Source: an uncultured Nitrososphaerales archaeon (GTDB taxonomy: Archaea; Thermoproteota; Nitrososphaeria; Nitrososphaerales; Nitrososphaeraceae). Taken from it: a stretch of DNA of 64,000 nt. The stretch spans positions 416,001 to 480,000 of the forward strand of contig CAVQMO010000010.1 of NCBI GenBank assembly GCA_963713605.1, in the 5' to 3' direction. Under the pieces are notes generated by a model, which saw only the letters and a program-made list of their open reading frames with translations, was not told the DNA's origin and did no database searches. Of this stretch, positions 43,522 to 54,599 are shown one piece after another (the first letter of the stretch is position 1; each line of letters opens with the position of its first letter). The position numbers were made by a program, and so were the translations under genes.

Positions 43522-43662
43522 ATGGGCGAGGATTTAGAGACTAAAGAAACTGAAGATGATGAAGTGAGAGAAGAGATCAAAGAAGAAATCAAGGAAGAGG
43601 TTCATGAACTGCAAGATTACGAAAGTGAGGAAAGCGAAGAGGACCCTGATTCAGAAGAATAG
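43522..43662 (+). CDS. 46-aa extremely acidic microprotein (not in ORF track)
   Basis: MGEDLETKETEDDEVREEIKEEIKEEVHELQDYESEESEEDPDSEE; AT-rich TATA-like sequence upstream. Confidence 0.6.
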   Translation: MGEDLETKETEDDEVREEIKEEIKEEVHELQDYESEESEEDPDSEE

Positions 43663-43763
43663 CGTTATTATTCGTTTAGAATGTAAATATTTGGACTGAA
43701 GGGGCCCACTCATTAAGCCGCCTGGATAGACTTCACTGTGATAATGGTCCCCTCCTGACCAAT

Positions 43764-44432
43764 ATGGATTTTCCTTATAGGAGAAAAAGTAAAAGGTGGC
43801 CTTTCCCTAGTGAACTCCTGTTGTCAAAGACGAAGGTTGGGAAGATTATAACCCTAGAAGGAATAGAAAAGTCGGGAAAGACCACCCAGGCACAGATGTT
43901 AAGTCATTATTTGAGCAAAGAGAAGCATCTAAACACGGCTCATTTTGATCTCCCTGACTATCAGACGGATGTAGGTAAGCTAATAGACAAATACCTTAAT
44001 TATGCAGAGATGCCCTCTAATCCAGAAGTATTACATCTTCTTTACGCAGCAAATAGATATGAAATTAGAGATGTGATCAATTTCAATCTCAATGATGGGT
44101 ACGTAGTGATAATGAATCGTTACTATCAAAGTAACATGGTATACGGATACGTTAATGGTTTAGAAATTGGATGGCTATCTACCTTAGATGAAAATATGCC
44201 CCGTTCAGACTTGACAATGATCCTAGACGTGCCAGTACAAATCAGCGAAAAACGAGGTACTATCATGAATAAGAACCGATTCGTATATGACAAGGAATTT
44301 ATTGAAAGGGTGAGAGAAACCTTTTTGAGCTTAGCGGAAAAAGAGAAGTGGAAGGTGATTGATGCAGCCAGAAGTAAGGAAGATATCCATAAAGATATCA
44401 TAAGGATTGTCGAGAGCCATTTTGGAAGTTAG
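43764..44432 (+). CDS. tmk: Thymidylate kinase (true start may be TTG at 43821)
   Basis: ITLEGIEKSGKTTQ, LLYAANR, NRYYQS, DLTMILDVP. Confidence 0.92.
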   Translation: MDFPYRRKSKRWPFPSELLLSKTKVGKIITLEGIEKSGKTTQAQMLSHYLSKEKHLNTAHFDLPDYQTDVGKLIDKYLNYAEMPSNPEVLHLLYAANRYEIRDVINFNLNDGYVVIMNRYYQSNMVYGYVNGLEIGWLSTLDENMPRSDLTMILDVPVQISEKRGTIMNKNRFVYDKEFIERVRETFLSLAEKEKWKVIDAARSKEDIHKDIIRIVESHFGS

Positions 44433-44751
44433 ATAAGTTAAAGAAAGCCTTAGACTTGGGTATCATTTATTCACAAACATTGCACCGTGTCGGATCAGGC
44501 GTTCAGAAGGAAAGAGATTGAGATTTTGCACATTCCACACTAAAATGACTTGAACATACAAGACAAACTTTCTGCATTCGTTCTGGATAATGATAAGAGG
44601 ACTTAATACTACCACTCCATTGTCAGCGAGACACTTCTCTAGAAGCCCGAAATCACATTACTTGTGATCCATAAGTTTGAAATTGAATTGAGGTCGAAAT
44701 TCGAAGATTAGAATATCCTGTTCAGAGAAACCCGGATAATGATGGCGGACC

Positions 44752-45048
44752 TTACATCCTTAGGTATTTTTCTACTTCATCACCGATGAGAGTAGGAGTT
44801 ACCGTATTGAAGTTGTTCGCATTTGCTCCCTCTTCACGGTTGGATGTCGAACTCGTCTCCTGAGTTACTTCCTCATTGTAGTCCAGACGTTCACCCCCTT
44901 CGTTAATGAGTTCTTTTAAAAGTTGAACTTGACCTAGGATTTTTCCCTTTCCCAGATCTGAAAATCCATTGTTCTGTAAGAAGGATAGATATCTAATGAG
45001 AACATTTAGCTCGTTTAATTTTGTTTTAGCTAATTCTAACGTTATCAT
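44752..45048 (-). CDS. Hypothetical protein
   Basis: 98-aa ATG ORF. Confidence 0.55.
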   Translation of the reverse strand: MITLELAKTKLNELNVLIRYLSFLQNNGFSDLGKGKILGQVQLLKELINEGGERLDYNEEVTQETSSTSNREEGANANNFNTVTPTLIGDEVEKYLRM

Positions 45049-45385
45049 GAGTGTTTGACGATAGTATTGATGATGCTTACTTTGCCTTAATTACCTAAAG
45101 GTTGAATATGTTAGATAACACTCTGCAGAATAATTAAGTCGGTATGAGCTGACCGTTCAGATCATGATCCAGTATCTCATTAAGGATTATCATTCTCACG
45201 GTGATCATCGAGAAGTTCCCAAGTTTCAAGATATACACACAACAATCCTATTTCCTGAGCTTGCCCAACCACACTACTAGTATATCGACCCAAAAAATTC
45301 TGAATTCAGTTGTAAAGAAATTTGAACTTGCGCAAGTAAATAGCTTCCGTACATACAGATGAAATAATACACTTTGCAAACGTCT

Positions 45386-46029
45386 ATGATTATAAAATCC
45401 CTAGGAACTACATCACAAGCAATCAAAACAACAATAGCCTCATCCCATAGAACCTCTTTTGCCATCTCCATAACTATCGTTGCTCTGATGATACTGGGCC
45501 CTACAGCTCCCGGTATGATCCATCAGACGGTAGCTGGGCAAGCAGATCCAACACAACAGAACAAGAACAAGGATACGTGTCGTCTTCGCAACGGGAAGCT
45601 GCACAAGAAGCTGAAAGGGCTGCCGCCTCACAACCAGACTACAGTAGCAATAGCGTTTCACAGAGATTAGATTACGCACACTTTGTTCCCTTGACCAACA
45701 GTCCAGGAAACCAGGTAAAGTTACTATTGAATTACTCATCTCTAAATCCATCAATGACCAATGCTCCTATTAACGCAGTAATGGAAGTATATGCAGCCAA
45801 TCAAACTCTACTAAGGACTACTTCATTCCCTCAACCTCTCTTCCTTAATCAATCAGGAGAAATACAACTTGCCACTACATTCGAGGATGAGTCACTGAAC
45901 AACATAACAGCAAGGACAATGTTAACAGATGGGGAAAAGGTGATTCCAATCTCTAACACCCTTGAAACCAGACTCGCTTTAGGGCAAAACGTTTCTGACA
46001 CCGGAGAAAAAATTACTGGCACAAATTAA
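45386..46029 (+). CDS. Secreted hypothetical protein (frameshift near 45565)
   Basis: Hydrophobic leader in ORF 45374..45670; globular part LDYAHFVPLTNSPGNQVKLLLNY...INAVMEVY in ORF 45577..46029. Confidence 0.7.
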
Positions 46030-46256
46030 CCACTCTATTTTCTTTTTATTATTACTTTATCCTAATTCCAAAATCGTTCCAACCGAGAATTTCAGTCGAT
46101 TCATATGCTCAAGCAGTAGTTTACGTGCTGCTGGCAAGTATGAACAGAAATACGGAATCTATAAACTACGACTTTATTATACTGAATATTTCAATAAAAA
46201 TAATAGGTGAATAAGAATCTTATTCATTATATCCCATAATTGACATAAAACTTCTG

Positions 46257-46469
46257 TTGAGTGTCGATTATACCAAGAAAAAAACGAAGATAAATCCTCG
46301 GAATAAAAAATTCTTAGGATGTCCATTATGCCACTCATCAAAGTATGTGGTCTTTACATCTAGTATACCAAATACCAAATATCAGGTACACGAATTATAT
46401 TGTCATGGCTGTGATGTCATATTTTCTCCATCCAATGCGACTCTGCCAATAGAGATTATTGATTCTTAG
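46257..46469 (+). CDS. Small zinc-ribbon protein
   Basis: CPLCHS...LYCHGCDVIF. Confidence 0.6.
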   Translation: MSVDYTKKKTKINPRNKKFLGCPLCHSSKYVVFTSSIPNTKYQVHELYCHGCDVIFSPSNATLPIEIIDS

Positions 46470-46671
46470 AATCCAATTTTCAATTCCCCCGTCCTGACAT
46501 CCTTCGTCTATATGAGGTTTGAAGAAGACGTTGTGTCCAAGACTAGAGGCATACTGGCTTGAACACAATTACTCTCGTTTGTCACAAATCATATCTGGTT
46601 AAAAAAATGGTACCTACTACCTATTAGTTAACCCGACTATCTACCGATTCATTTCTAGCATCCCGATTAAA

Positions 46672-47185
46672 TTAGTCCGTTGATCTCTTATCTGGCTTCC
46701 TAAATCTGTGAGACTGCTCGCCGACGGCCAAGAGTATTTGTCGTGTGTTATTGTCAGTCAATGAATTGTTCTGCGATATCCTGGTAACTTCTTCTCCTGT
46801 ACGAAACACAGATGCGATTATTTTCTGTAGGGCGTCATCTGCCATCTCGACATGGGAAATTGCCCCAGAGGTGTTTCCTGCAAATGCAAATTGATATCCA
46901 AGTGATAGCTGAGATTGTATCTCATTAAAACCAAAGGTACTGGCTAACTGATTATTCAGCTTATCTCCTTGACTGGCCAACTAGTTCTGAATATCCTCAC
47001 TTGCTTGCTTGAGTCATCATGGCACTGATTGGTCCAGGATCTTGAATAGTTGCATCATTCGTAGTGGTTGATGCAACTGCAACTCCAATCGCATCTGTTG
47101 ATGTCAACAATAGTCCTATTGCCCCCAGTAGGAAGAAAAACATCCCGCCTGTCCCCTCTATATTTTCTAAAACTCTCCCACTCAA
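46672..47185 (-). CDS. Secreted helical hypothetical protein (frameshifted)
   Basis: Signal-like segment in 46997..47185 followed directly by helical ORF 46672..46980. Confidence 0.55.
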
Positions 47186-47289
47186 GAATCAATTAAGGTC
47201 TAATAACGTGTGACTTTGGAGCATAAAAACTTGATAAGAACAAGAGTCAAAAGAATGTGGAATGTCACATGCAGGAAATTGCCAAATAT

Positions 47290-48762
47290 CTATGTAGAGT
47301 TTGAAAATTGCCCTCCAGATGAATGTCGTAACTCTAGATGTTTGCCCAAAGTGTCCCTTAAAGCCAATTCCAGATAAGGAAAGCGAAACTGATATCCCGA
47401 TTCAATTAAACGCGAAGGCATGACGCGAGTACTAGAAAGCAAGAGCGCATCGGTAAGCTCTTGACCTACTATCGTTCTTAAGAGAAATTTAGGAACTGCG
47501 ACGAATGTTGCTCTTGCTAAGGTCTTTCCCAATGATTCTGTAAAATCGGTGTTCGTAACAGGATTAGGAGAAACAGCGTTTACCGGTCCGTTAAAAGTCT
47601 CATCTGCAATCATTGATAATATAATGGTGAGAAGATCCTCCAAAGCAATCCAACTAACATACTGGTTCCCTCTACCTATCCGCCCTCCTAAACCTAACTT
47701 AAAAACAGGCAATATCTTCGCAAGAAGGCCTCCTGATGAGGATAACACTATCCCAAGTCGTAAATTGACGACGCGAATTCCAGCCTCTTTCGCTATCTGA
47801 GTTGCGTATTCCCATTCTCTACACAAATCTGACAAGAAGTCAATAGATGGAACCTTGCTCGGAACAGATGATGCTCTGGTACCTGCTTGACTATCTTCTG
47901 ATAATAACTCATCACCTCTATTCCCATAATACGCAATTGCTGACACAGATACCAATACCGAAGGCGGTTCATCGAGTGAAGCTAGTCTTTCGCATAAAGC
48001 AGTGGTAGTATTTATTCTACTTTCTGATAACTTTTTTCTCTTTTCCTTCGTCCACTTTCCAAAGATGTTTTCTCCGGCAAGGTTAACTACTGCATCTATA
48101 TGATTGCCGTTTAAAGGATCTAGATTGAACTGACTCCGAGTTTGACCTGGATTGGTGTGCAAACAGGGAGCAACATGCCGACTCCTAGAAAGTGGAACTA
48201 CTCTATGCCCACCTGTCGTGAGGAAAGGCATTAATGCTTTTCCCACAAAACCACTCGAACCAGTAATGGCAATAGTCAGAGGCTTCTCGCTTTTTCTTAT
48301 TCTATTGATGACAGAATGCGTACGAAGATCTTGACTAATAGTCCGATGACGATAATCAAAGATCTTCCTTAGGTTCCTATCCACAAATCGGTGGGCTGCT
48401 AATCTACCTATTCGACCCGCGGGAAGAGAATATTCAATGCGATCCTCTAATATACAAGATGTCCCGAACCGTTCAAACAAGTGTAAATGAACAAATGATG
48501 GAAAAAAACCTTTTATCTGGATATCTTTGAATTGCCTTTCCGGGATATATTCGGCGTGCCTAACGACCCATTTCATTGAGAGGGGTCCAATCTTTGTTCG
48601 AAGCTTTACAATCCCATTATTTTGAATGCTACCACTACGCCCGATTACCTCGAATTGTTCCCATGGCGGTTTTAGGCGTTCGAAAGCACCCTCCCTTATG
48701 TGCCAGGCAAATACCTTTTCTAAAGGCTGATCAATTCTGCTTGAATGTACGAAGGATTCCAC
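47290..48762 (-). CDS. SRPBCC domain fused to TIGR01777/YfcH-like NAD-dependent epimerase
   Basis: VFAWH..GAFERLKPPW, FKDIQIKG, LEDRIEY, FDYRH; ITGSSGFVG, VVNLAGENI, SAIAYYG, CREWE, RLGIVL, GPVNAVSPNPVTN. Confidence 0.9.
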   Translation of the reverse strand: MESFVHSSRIDQPLEKVFAWHIREGAFERLKPPWEQFEVIGRSGSIQNNGIVKLRTKIGPLSMKWVVRHAEYIPERQFKDIQIKGFFPSFVHLHLFERFGTSCILEDRIEYSLPAGRIGRLAAHRFVDRNLRKIFDYRHRTISQDLRTHSVINRIRKSEKPLTIAITGSSGFVGKALMPFLTTGGHRVVPLSRSRHVAPCLHTNPGQTRSQFNLDPLNGNHIDAVVNLAGENIFGKWTKEKRKKLSESRINTTTALCERLASLDEPPSVLVSVSAIAYYGNRGDELLSEDSQAGTRASSVPSKVPSIDFLSDLCREWEYATQIAKEAGIRVVNLRLGIVLSSSGGLLAKILPVFKLGLGGRIGRGNQYVSWIALEDLLTIILSMIADETFNGPVNAVSPNPVTNTDFTESLGKTLARATFVAVPKFLLRTIVGQELTDALLLSSTRVMPSRLIESGYQFRFPYLELALRDTLGKHLELRHSSGGQFSNST

Positions 48763-49226
48763 CCGATAGCTATATTCTTATCCTACATAAATTGATCAAC
48801 TGCAGCAACTGATAGTGTCATTGCGAACCGCGGTAGTAATAGATGACTGGAAGCTTGACAAGCAGCAAACAACATATGACGATGTACTAGATTCGTTTAG
48901 GCTTGAATGCTGTAACTATGAGACTCCAAGAAACAACCCTTGAACCTTGGTTATTGTTCTCTTCTACATACCGTGAGTATTTTTTTTGGATTACCCAATA
49001 GTTGCTGAGTGACCATTTGATGGAAACCATGGTTAAATTTGTTCAATCTCTCAAAAATTGAAAATTGCAGGTTTTAAGGGGGGATAACATAGGTATATGT
49101 GCGTGCATTCATTATGGACACCTAGAGGAAGAACCTATTGTGAATTTTTTAGAGGCTTCAACAAAATCTAACCTCTTAGTTCTACTGCTAGGTCTGCTTC
49201 GAGGAAATCTCCTCATGATGAATCGG

Positions 49227-49397
49227 TCAGCTATATCTGTTCGTTCTTTTGTAATTTGTATACCATCTGTAAACAAAATAAGCAATGGCTATAATTACCA
49301 CAGCGATTATCAGAGGACTAAGAAGATAAATGACAATGGCGGCGACAATGATGAGAACTGCTATTATTGCTATATCTGATATCTTTAGGTTGGTCAT
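49227..49397 (-). CDS. 56-aa membrane microprotein (not in ORF track)
   Basis: MTNLKISDIAIIAVLIIVAAIVIYLLSPLIIAVVIIAIAYFVYRWYTNYKRTNRYS; hydrophobic hairpin with basic tail. Confidence 0.7.
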   Translation of the reverse strand: MTNLKISDIAIIAVLIIVAAIVIYLLSPLIIAVVIIAIAYFVYRWYTNYKRTNRYS

Positions 49398-49763
49398 TCA
49401 GATCTATTTCACATCACCATCACTTAAGGTGGACGTGTACTTTGTATGGCACTGGTTAATTAATTGCAAAAGATTCTTTTCTAAGACAAGGATAGTAAAG
49501 TTCAGAACCCACCTTGAATAGTGGGTGCGGCAAGAACAACATTGGGTACTGTCAAAAAATATTATGAAAATTTCAAACCCAATGTGCTATATAGATATGC
49601 CGTTAATCTGACTTTCTTCAAAACTTAATTATCACAGCTAAGTTTTGTCAAACAGTTGAATCAAGTTGTCGACAACAAGAATTATCGACAAGTTATACTG
49701 TCTATAAATATTGCTTGAGCTATAAGTAAGCTCGAATGGTTAATGATGAGGTAAAGGAGTAGC

Positions 49764-50296
49764 ATGGCAGCAACAGCAAAAAGTATCATATGATACCTTT
49801 TCACTATGACACTTATCGTAAAAGTTTCAACCACTTCATGGACTACATCAAGATTCATGATCTGCAGGTGTTGTTAGATTATAGTCCTAAGATTGTCGAG
49901 TCATTCTTTATTGACTACGTTATACACCTTAGAGATGTAAAGCGAGCTAAAATACATGTCGATACAGGTGGATATCGCTGCAATCTTTCACTTCCTGGGA
50001 ATGAATGATTTTGATTTATCCGGTAATAGCAAGAAGAAAATCAAGAGATTTTTACCATCTGATGAATCTACTCATGACGATAGAGCCTATACTAAAGAAG
50101 AGATTGCTCGGATACTTTCAAAGTGTGACGAACGTTCTAAGGTTATCATTCTGCTCATGGCCTCCACAGGTATGAGGATGGGTGCTATTCCTATTTTAAA
50201 GATAGGGATAAGAGGTTTGGCAAAGGACTAAAAGATAAAGCTCCACTAATAAGAGAACAGTTTAACATAGGAGATCGTCTGCATATCCAGAATCCT
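49764..50296 (+). pseudogene. Tyrosine integrase remnant
   Basis: DDRAYTKEEIARIL...ILLMASTGMRMGAIPILKIG (box I Arg). Frameshifts and an internal deletion before KRFG...APLIREQFN. HxxR and catalytic Tyr absent. Confidence 0.85.
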
Positions 50297-50870
50297 GGAT
50301 TCTTATCAGAGCCCGACTGGGCTACTAGTACCATGATAGGGAGGAGCATGGGTATCGGTGTAGCGTGGGGAGACACATCAAAGTTTGGTATTGTTATTAC
50401 TCAGAAACGTAACAACAAGGTAGAGGTATTCTACGCCAAGAGCTTCGAGAAGCCACTAATGAACAATATCATCAACCATATCTCGAAAGCAGACACACCA
50501 TATCTCGAAAGTGTTCGTAGACGGCGCTAATCCAGAAGTCACAAGAGAACTAAAGATGAGAACAGATGACGTTGCTCCTTACTTTGAAAGAATAGATGAA
50601 CAAGACCTGTCGAATATGCGGACCGGAGACATGCAGATTATTCCAGTCAACTTTCAGAAAAGGCATAAGGAGATGCTTCGGTGGACACATACTTTGATGG
50701 CAAAGAGGCTTATCAAGATACATCCTTCGCTACATAAACTCATTGTATCCCTGAGGTCAGCAGTAGTGATAGATGATTGAAAGCTGGACAAACAGCAAAC
50801 ATCACACCATGATTTACTGGATTCTTTTAGGCTTGCTTTATGCAACTATGAACCTCCGGAGAAGCTCTGA
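50297..50870 (+). pseudogene. Terminase large subunit C-terminal nuclease-domain remnant
   Basis: RSMGIGVAWGDTSKFGIVITQ, VFVDGANPE, IIPVNF..HKEML, KLIVSLRSA, LDKQQTSHHDLLDSFRLAL. Frameshift near 50500 and internal TGA at 50778-50780. Confidence 0.7.
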
Positions 50871-50999
50871 TTATTAAGAGGGGTGGATTTCGTTTAGCGC
50901 AAAAAGGATAAATCTCGATATCCTAACGGGATCCAATAATCATCCAATAATCAACATCATTCTGCTAGTCGTTCAAAGTCAGAACAACTCTAGAGCTCG

Positions 51000-51404
51000 T
51001 CATGACGACTGTAATGCCGTATCTAGATCAACTTCAAAGTTCTTCAGCAATCTATCCAAGCTCTTTTTTAGGTCTGTTATTCTTTTTTCTACCTCTGTCT
51101 TGAAACTTTCCTTATCCATTGAAGCATACACATGGTAGTATCCTCTTTCCTTCAAAGTTCTAGTTTCCTTACTCACGATGCGTTGATTTACTAGTTTCTG
51201 TAGAGATGTCTAAAAACTGTAGCTTTTATCCCTATCTGCTTTTTCAGACAACTCTTCTAGAGTACTAGACTCTGGGTTAATCTTGATCAAGAATAGCAAG
51301 ACTTCCAAATCCAAAGGGGATAGATCAAAAAGAAAGGCAAGAAGATTTCTTATTGCTGAGTTAACTCTGGTAATCGAAAGAACCGATGATGAATGAATTG
51401 ACAT
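51000..51404 (-). CDS. TrmB-like HTH transcriptional regulator (two small indels near 51208-51221)
   Basis: FDLSPLDLEVL..STLEELSEKADRDKS|TVFR|SLQKLVNQRIVSKE..GYYHVY. Confidence 0.8.
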
Positions 51405-51544
51405 ATATAGTGATTATCCCCTCCTTCCTATGTCTACCTCTTTCTACCAAAGCGTATTTATACATATTGTGTAGAATTTGTTAGTTTTGCCCAAGTTAAG
51501 CAAGCCTTAAATATCCAACTGCTACCTTATAACATTAAGAAGAA

Positions 51545-52093
51545 ATGTCCCTAAATCAGCGCGTACTTCACTCATTATCTAGAAAAAGTAATAAAAATAA
51601 ATATCAACAAACTGACTCAGATAGCAGTACACTTTCATCAGTGCTCTCTGCTATATCCGACAACAAATCACTGACATTGTTCACTACCATTGCAAACGGG
51701 TCAAATCCTGCATCAGCAGCTGATGAGCAGCAGCAGCAGCCCATCGCCGAGATGCTTATATCACGTATGAATATGACTCGTAAGCAATATTATACGCGTA
51801 TTAACTACTTCCGTGAAGCAGGTTTGATTCGTAGGCAGGGAGTGAGATTTATTCTTACTTCACTTGGAAAAGTAGTCTATGAAACCCACAAGACAATAGG
51901 ATTTGCAATCCACAACCGATGGAAACTACAAGCGATAGATTCACTGGATACATCTCTATCTACAGAAGGAATGCCTTTTGAAGAGAGACACAAACTTATC
52001 AAGGCGTTAATTGGAGATCACGAGGTTATACAAGATATTCTACTCTGCCAGAATGATGTCAATGTTAAAAATGATTATTTGTTAGCAGCCTAG
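51545..52093 (+). CDS. Winged-helix hypothetical protein
   Basis: LSAISDNKSLTLF...MTRKQYYTRI..AGLIRR...LTSLGKVVYE...WKLQAIDS. Confidence 0.8.
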   Translation: MSLNQRVLHSLSRKSNKNKYQQTDSDSSTLSSVLSAISDNKSLTLFTTIANGSNPASAADEQQQQPIAEMLISRMNMTRKQYYTRINYFREAGLIRRQGVRFILTSLGKVVYETHKTIGFAIHNRWKLQAIDSLDTSLSTEGMPFEERHKLIKALIGDHEVIQDILLCQNDVNVKNDYLLAA

Positions 52094-52252
52094 ATCCATA
52101 TTTATCTACACAGCTTCATCATGAGGTTGCCTGTTAGTAGCATCTAAGATACACGATGTCTCTGCAATTCGGGCATTAATGATCTTCACCACTACCACCA
52201 CCACCAACAAACCTCTAAATATTTTATTTAACACGTTAAGAAGAGTTTCCAC

Positions 52253-52501
52253 ATGTCAAGTTCATCTGAGAGAGAAAATAGACTAAGCAGTCTTGGCAGA
52301 ACACTAGGTCGCGAACTAGGCGACGATTTCAGAAAGGCTGGGAACAAACTGAAGGATATTTTGATTCGTGACTTTGATAGAGAAATGTCGCTAGCAGAGG
52401 TATTTGCTGACCGGAATGATCTCATCGAAGCGGCATACCATAGGACGTTGGCTTATGCGATACATAACACTCTGAGGGATATTGAAATGATGATCGAATG
52501 A
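52253..52501 (+). CDS. Hypothetical protein
   Basis: 82-aa ATG ORF, charged and helical. Confidence 0.5.
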   Translation: MSSSSERENRLSSLGRTLGRELGDDFRKAGNKLKDILIRDFDREMSLAEVFADRNDLIEAAYHRTLAYAIHNTLRDIEMMIE

Positions 52502-52774
52502 ATAATGAGATGAGATGAATCCTAGTGAACTAGCAGCAGGATGTAAGCAATTCTGGCATTAAAGCCTAAAGTTGTAGTAAAAGACGAATAAAGGCCTCCC
52601 GAAGACCCGTAGACCTGCACCACGTCACCAGTAGGAAACGAATCATGAAGAATTGATGGATGCGTTTAGATGATCCTTGCAGTTCTGGCAACTTGATTTT
52701 ACACTGTATGCGTTACGTAGTCGTGGACTCCACGTCTTTCCAGAAATCATCCCATGTGATATAGGACTTATCCC

Positions 52775-53110
52775 TTAGTTGTTTTCTACAAATATTACGT
52801 GCAGTAGTCCTGAATCTAGTGGTATAGTGAATGTGTTGTTTTCATGTTCGACCATAAGATCCGCTTCCACAAGAAGTCTATAAACCTCGTCATGGACTCG
52901 CTGATAAAATGGATGTTCTCCACTGAACTGGTGTACATCTACTCCCAACTGATCCAGTAAACCCCTAGCGCATTCCTTCATCATATCCGTACTGTGAAAC
53001 GACGTAGGTTTGTTGGATATTATAAGATCGCATATGCATTCCAAAATGCGACTTCTGAGCATGTCAAAGTATTCTCCTTCACTCTCTTGCCCACTTACTC
53101 CGTGTTCCAT
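52775..53110 (-). CDS. Hypothetical protein
   Basis: ATG ORF with protein-like composition, divergent from 53154. Confidence 0.5.
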   Translation of the reverse strand: MEHGVSGQESEGEYFDMLRSRILECICDLIISNKPTSFHSTDMMKECARGLLDQLGVDVHQFSGEHPFYQRVHDEVYRLLVEADLMVEHENNTFTIPLDSGLLHVIFVENN

Positions 53111-53153
53111 CGATCGGTTCCATTGCGATACTATCATTTATGAGCTTCTCTTA

Positions 53154-53443
53154 GTGATTCCCTTACTCTTGCCCCAGCGAGACAAATATGACATCATCAA
53201 AGACGTCCTCGAGATAGTCTATACCACTCAGCCTCTTTATCGAAATCAAATGAATCAGACAAGAATAGGCTACGAAGCAAGGTTGACATATCCACAAACC
53301 GTCAAGTATCTAAGGCGGTTAGTAGAGTTAGGACTACTCATCCTGACGGATTTCAAACCCTTTTCGTACTACGAATAACTCCTAAAGGTGAGCGCTTCCT
53401 GCAGTTATTCGCAGAAATAGAAGACGATTTAAGACCTTGGTAA
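53154..53443 (+). CDS. Winged-helix DNA-binding protein (frameshift near 53376)
   Basis: RDKYDIIKDVL...TRIGYEARLTYPQTVKYLRRLVELGLL...YYE|ITPKGERFLQLF. Confidence 0.8.
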
Positions 53444-53482
53444 AATTAGATATCATTATCAAGCATTTATGACCAAGATAAC

Positions 53483-53641
53483 ATGGTGCCAAAAAGAATT
53501 AGTAGCAAACCAACTGATGAAAATAACAAAGAGTGGAACTGTATGGCATGTGGCAAGAACATGGAGAGCGAGTACATCCTTAATTTTCATATCTTGTTGG
53601 AACACAGCCATTCAAGGAGATCTCCGGTAGGAGTGGCTTGA
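53483..53641 (+). CDS. 52-aa C2H2 zinc-finger microprotein (not in ORF track)
   Basis: MVPKRISSKPTDENNKEWNCMACGKNMESEYILNFHILLEHSHSRRSPVGVA. Confidence 0.7.
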   Translation: MVPKRISSKPTDENNKEWNCMACGKNMESEYILNFHILLEHSHSRRSPVGVA

Positions 53642-54194
53642 TTAAGGTAAGCATACCGAACTAAAAAAATTTGTTTACCGCATATTTAAGGCCATAAAGC
53701 ACAAGTTTTGATTCAAGTACAAGTTCATCCAGAACGGATACCATCACTGATCTCAGACAATGTGATAGTGATGAGCAATAATCCATTTGGATAAGCTCTG
53801 ATGCATGGCGTTTCTCAAGAATAATGTCAGAAATTTAGAGTGGCAATTGGAATCATGCTACAGCTCTAAGCAATTGATATCTAATTTATGGAATACTCGT
53901 TTAGATTGTCATCACTGTAGTTAAAGAAAGGCATTAACCTTTTTTCGTTATCTCCAAAACCCCTAAGGTCTTTATTTGAGAGCCAAATCCTAACTGCAAT
54001 GACTAATATACTTAATTATATTAGTAGGTGAGGAAGAAAATATCCAATTATTATAAATTAATGCTAGATACCTAAGAATTCTATCGCGATCCTACACTTG
54101 AATTTTAGTTACTAAGGAATTTCTGAAATATATTATAAGCATGTTCTGCGTATCATTAAAGGGTAAGGAAAAATAGGGGTGAAATGGACAGTCA

Positions 54195-54452
54195 ATGGCA
54201 TGCAAAGGTATCTGTATTAGGCATAAAGCTCAAAAACCAGTAGGCTCAGGAAGATATGCTGCTGGTCAGAAGCGTTGTCAAGTCTGTGAAATCTTTCTCA
54301 ACTGGATAGGTCTCTGGTGCCCGTGTTGTGGGTACAGGCTAAGAGGAACACCAAGAAATTTCAAGTACAAGAATAGGCTACGGGAGCATAAAATGATGAA
54401 AGAAGTTAAGAAGGATACACGTCAAGTACTGGTGCGTATCAACAATTCGTAG
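54195..54452 (+). CDS. Cys-rich basic small protein typical of Thaumarchaeota
   Basis: CKGICIRHKA...GRY..GQKRCQVCEIF...WCPCCGYRLR. Confidence 0.85.
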   Translation: MACKGICIRHKAQKPVGSGRYAAGQKRCQVCEIFLNWIGLWCPCCGYRLRGTPRNFKYKNRLREHKMMKEVKKDTRQVLVRINNS

Positions 54453-54599
54453 TATGTGTCAAATGCCAAATTTGATCGTGTCCAATCTTCTATATCTACG
54501 CAGCAAGGCAACGGTCATTGGTTGAAAGAATTGAAAAGTTCACATCTTATTTTTGTTTTGCTTTATATGTATTAATACCAGTAATATATTTCATCATCT

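Larger units (their letters stand above)
49764..50870 (+). mobile_element. Collapsed provirus/integrative element relic
   Basis: Adjacent decayed integrase and terminase fragments; no att site or tRNA identified. Confidence 0.6.
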
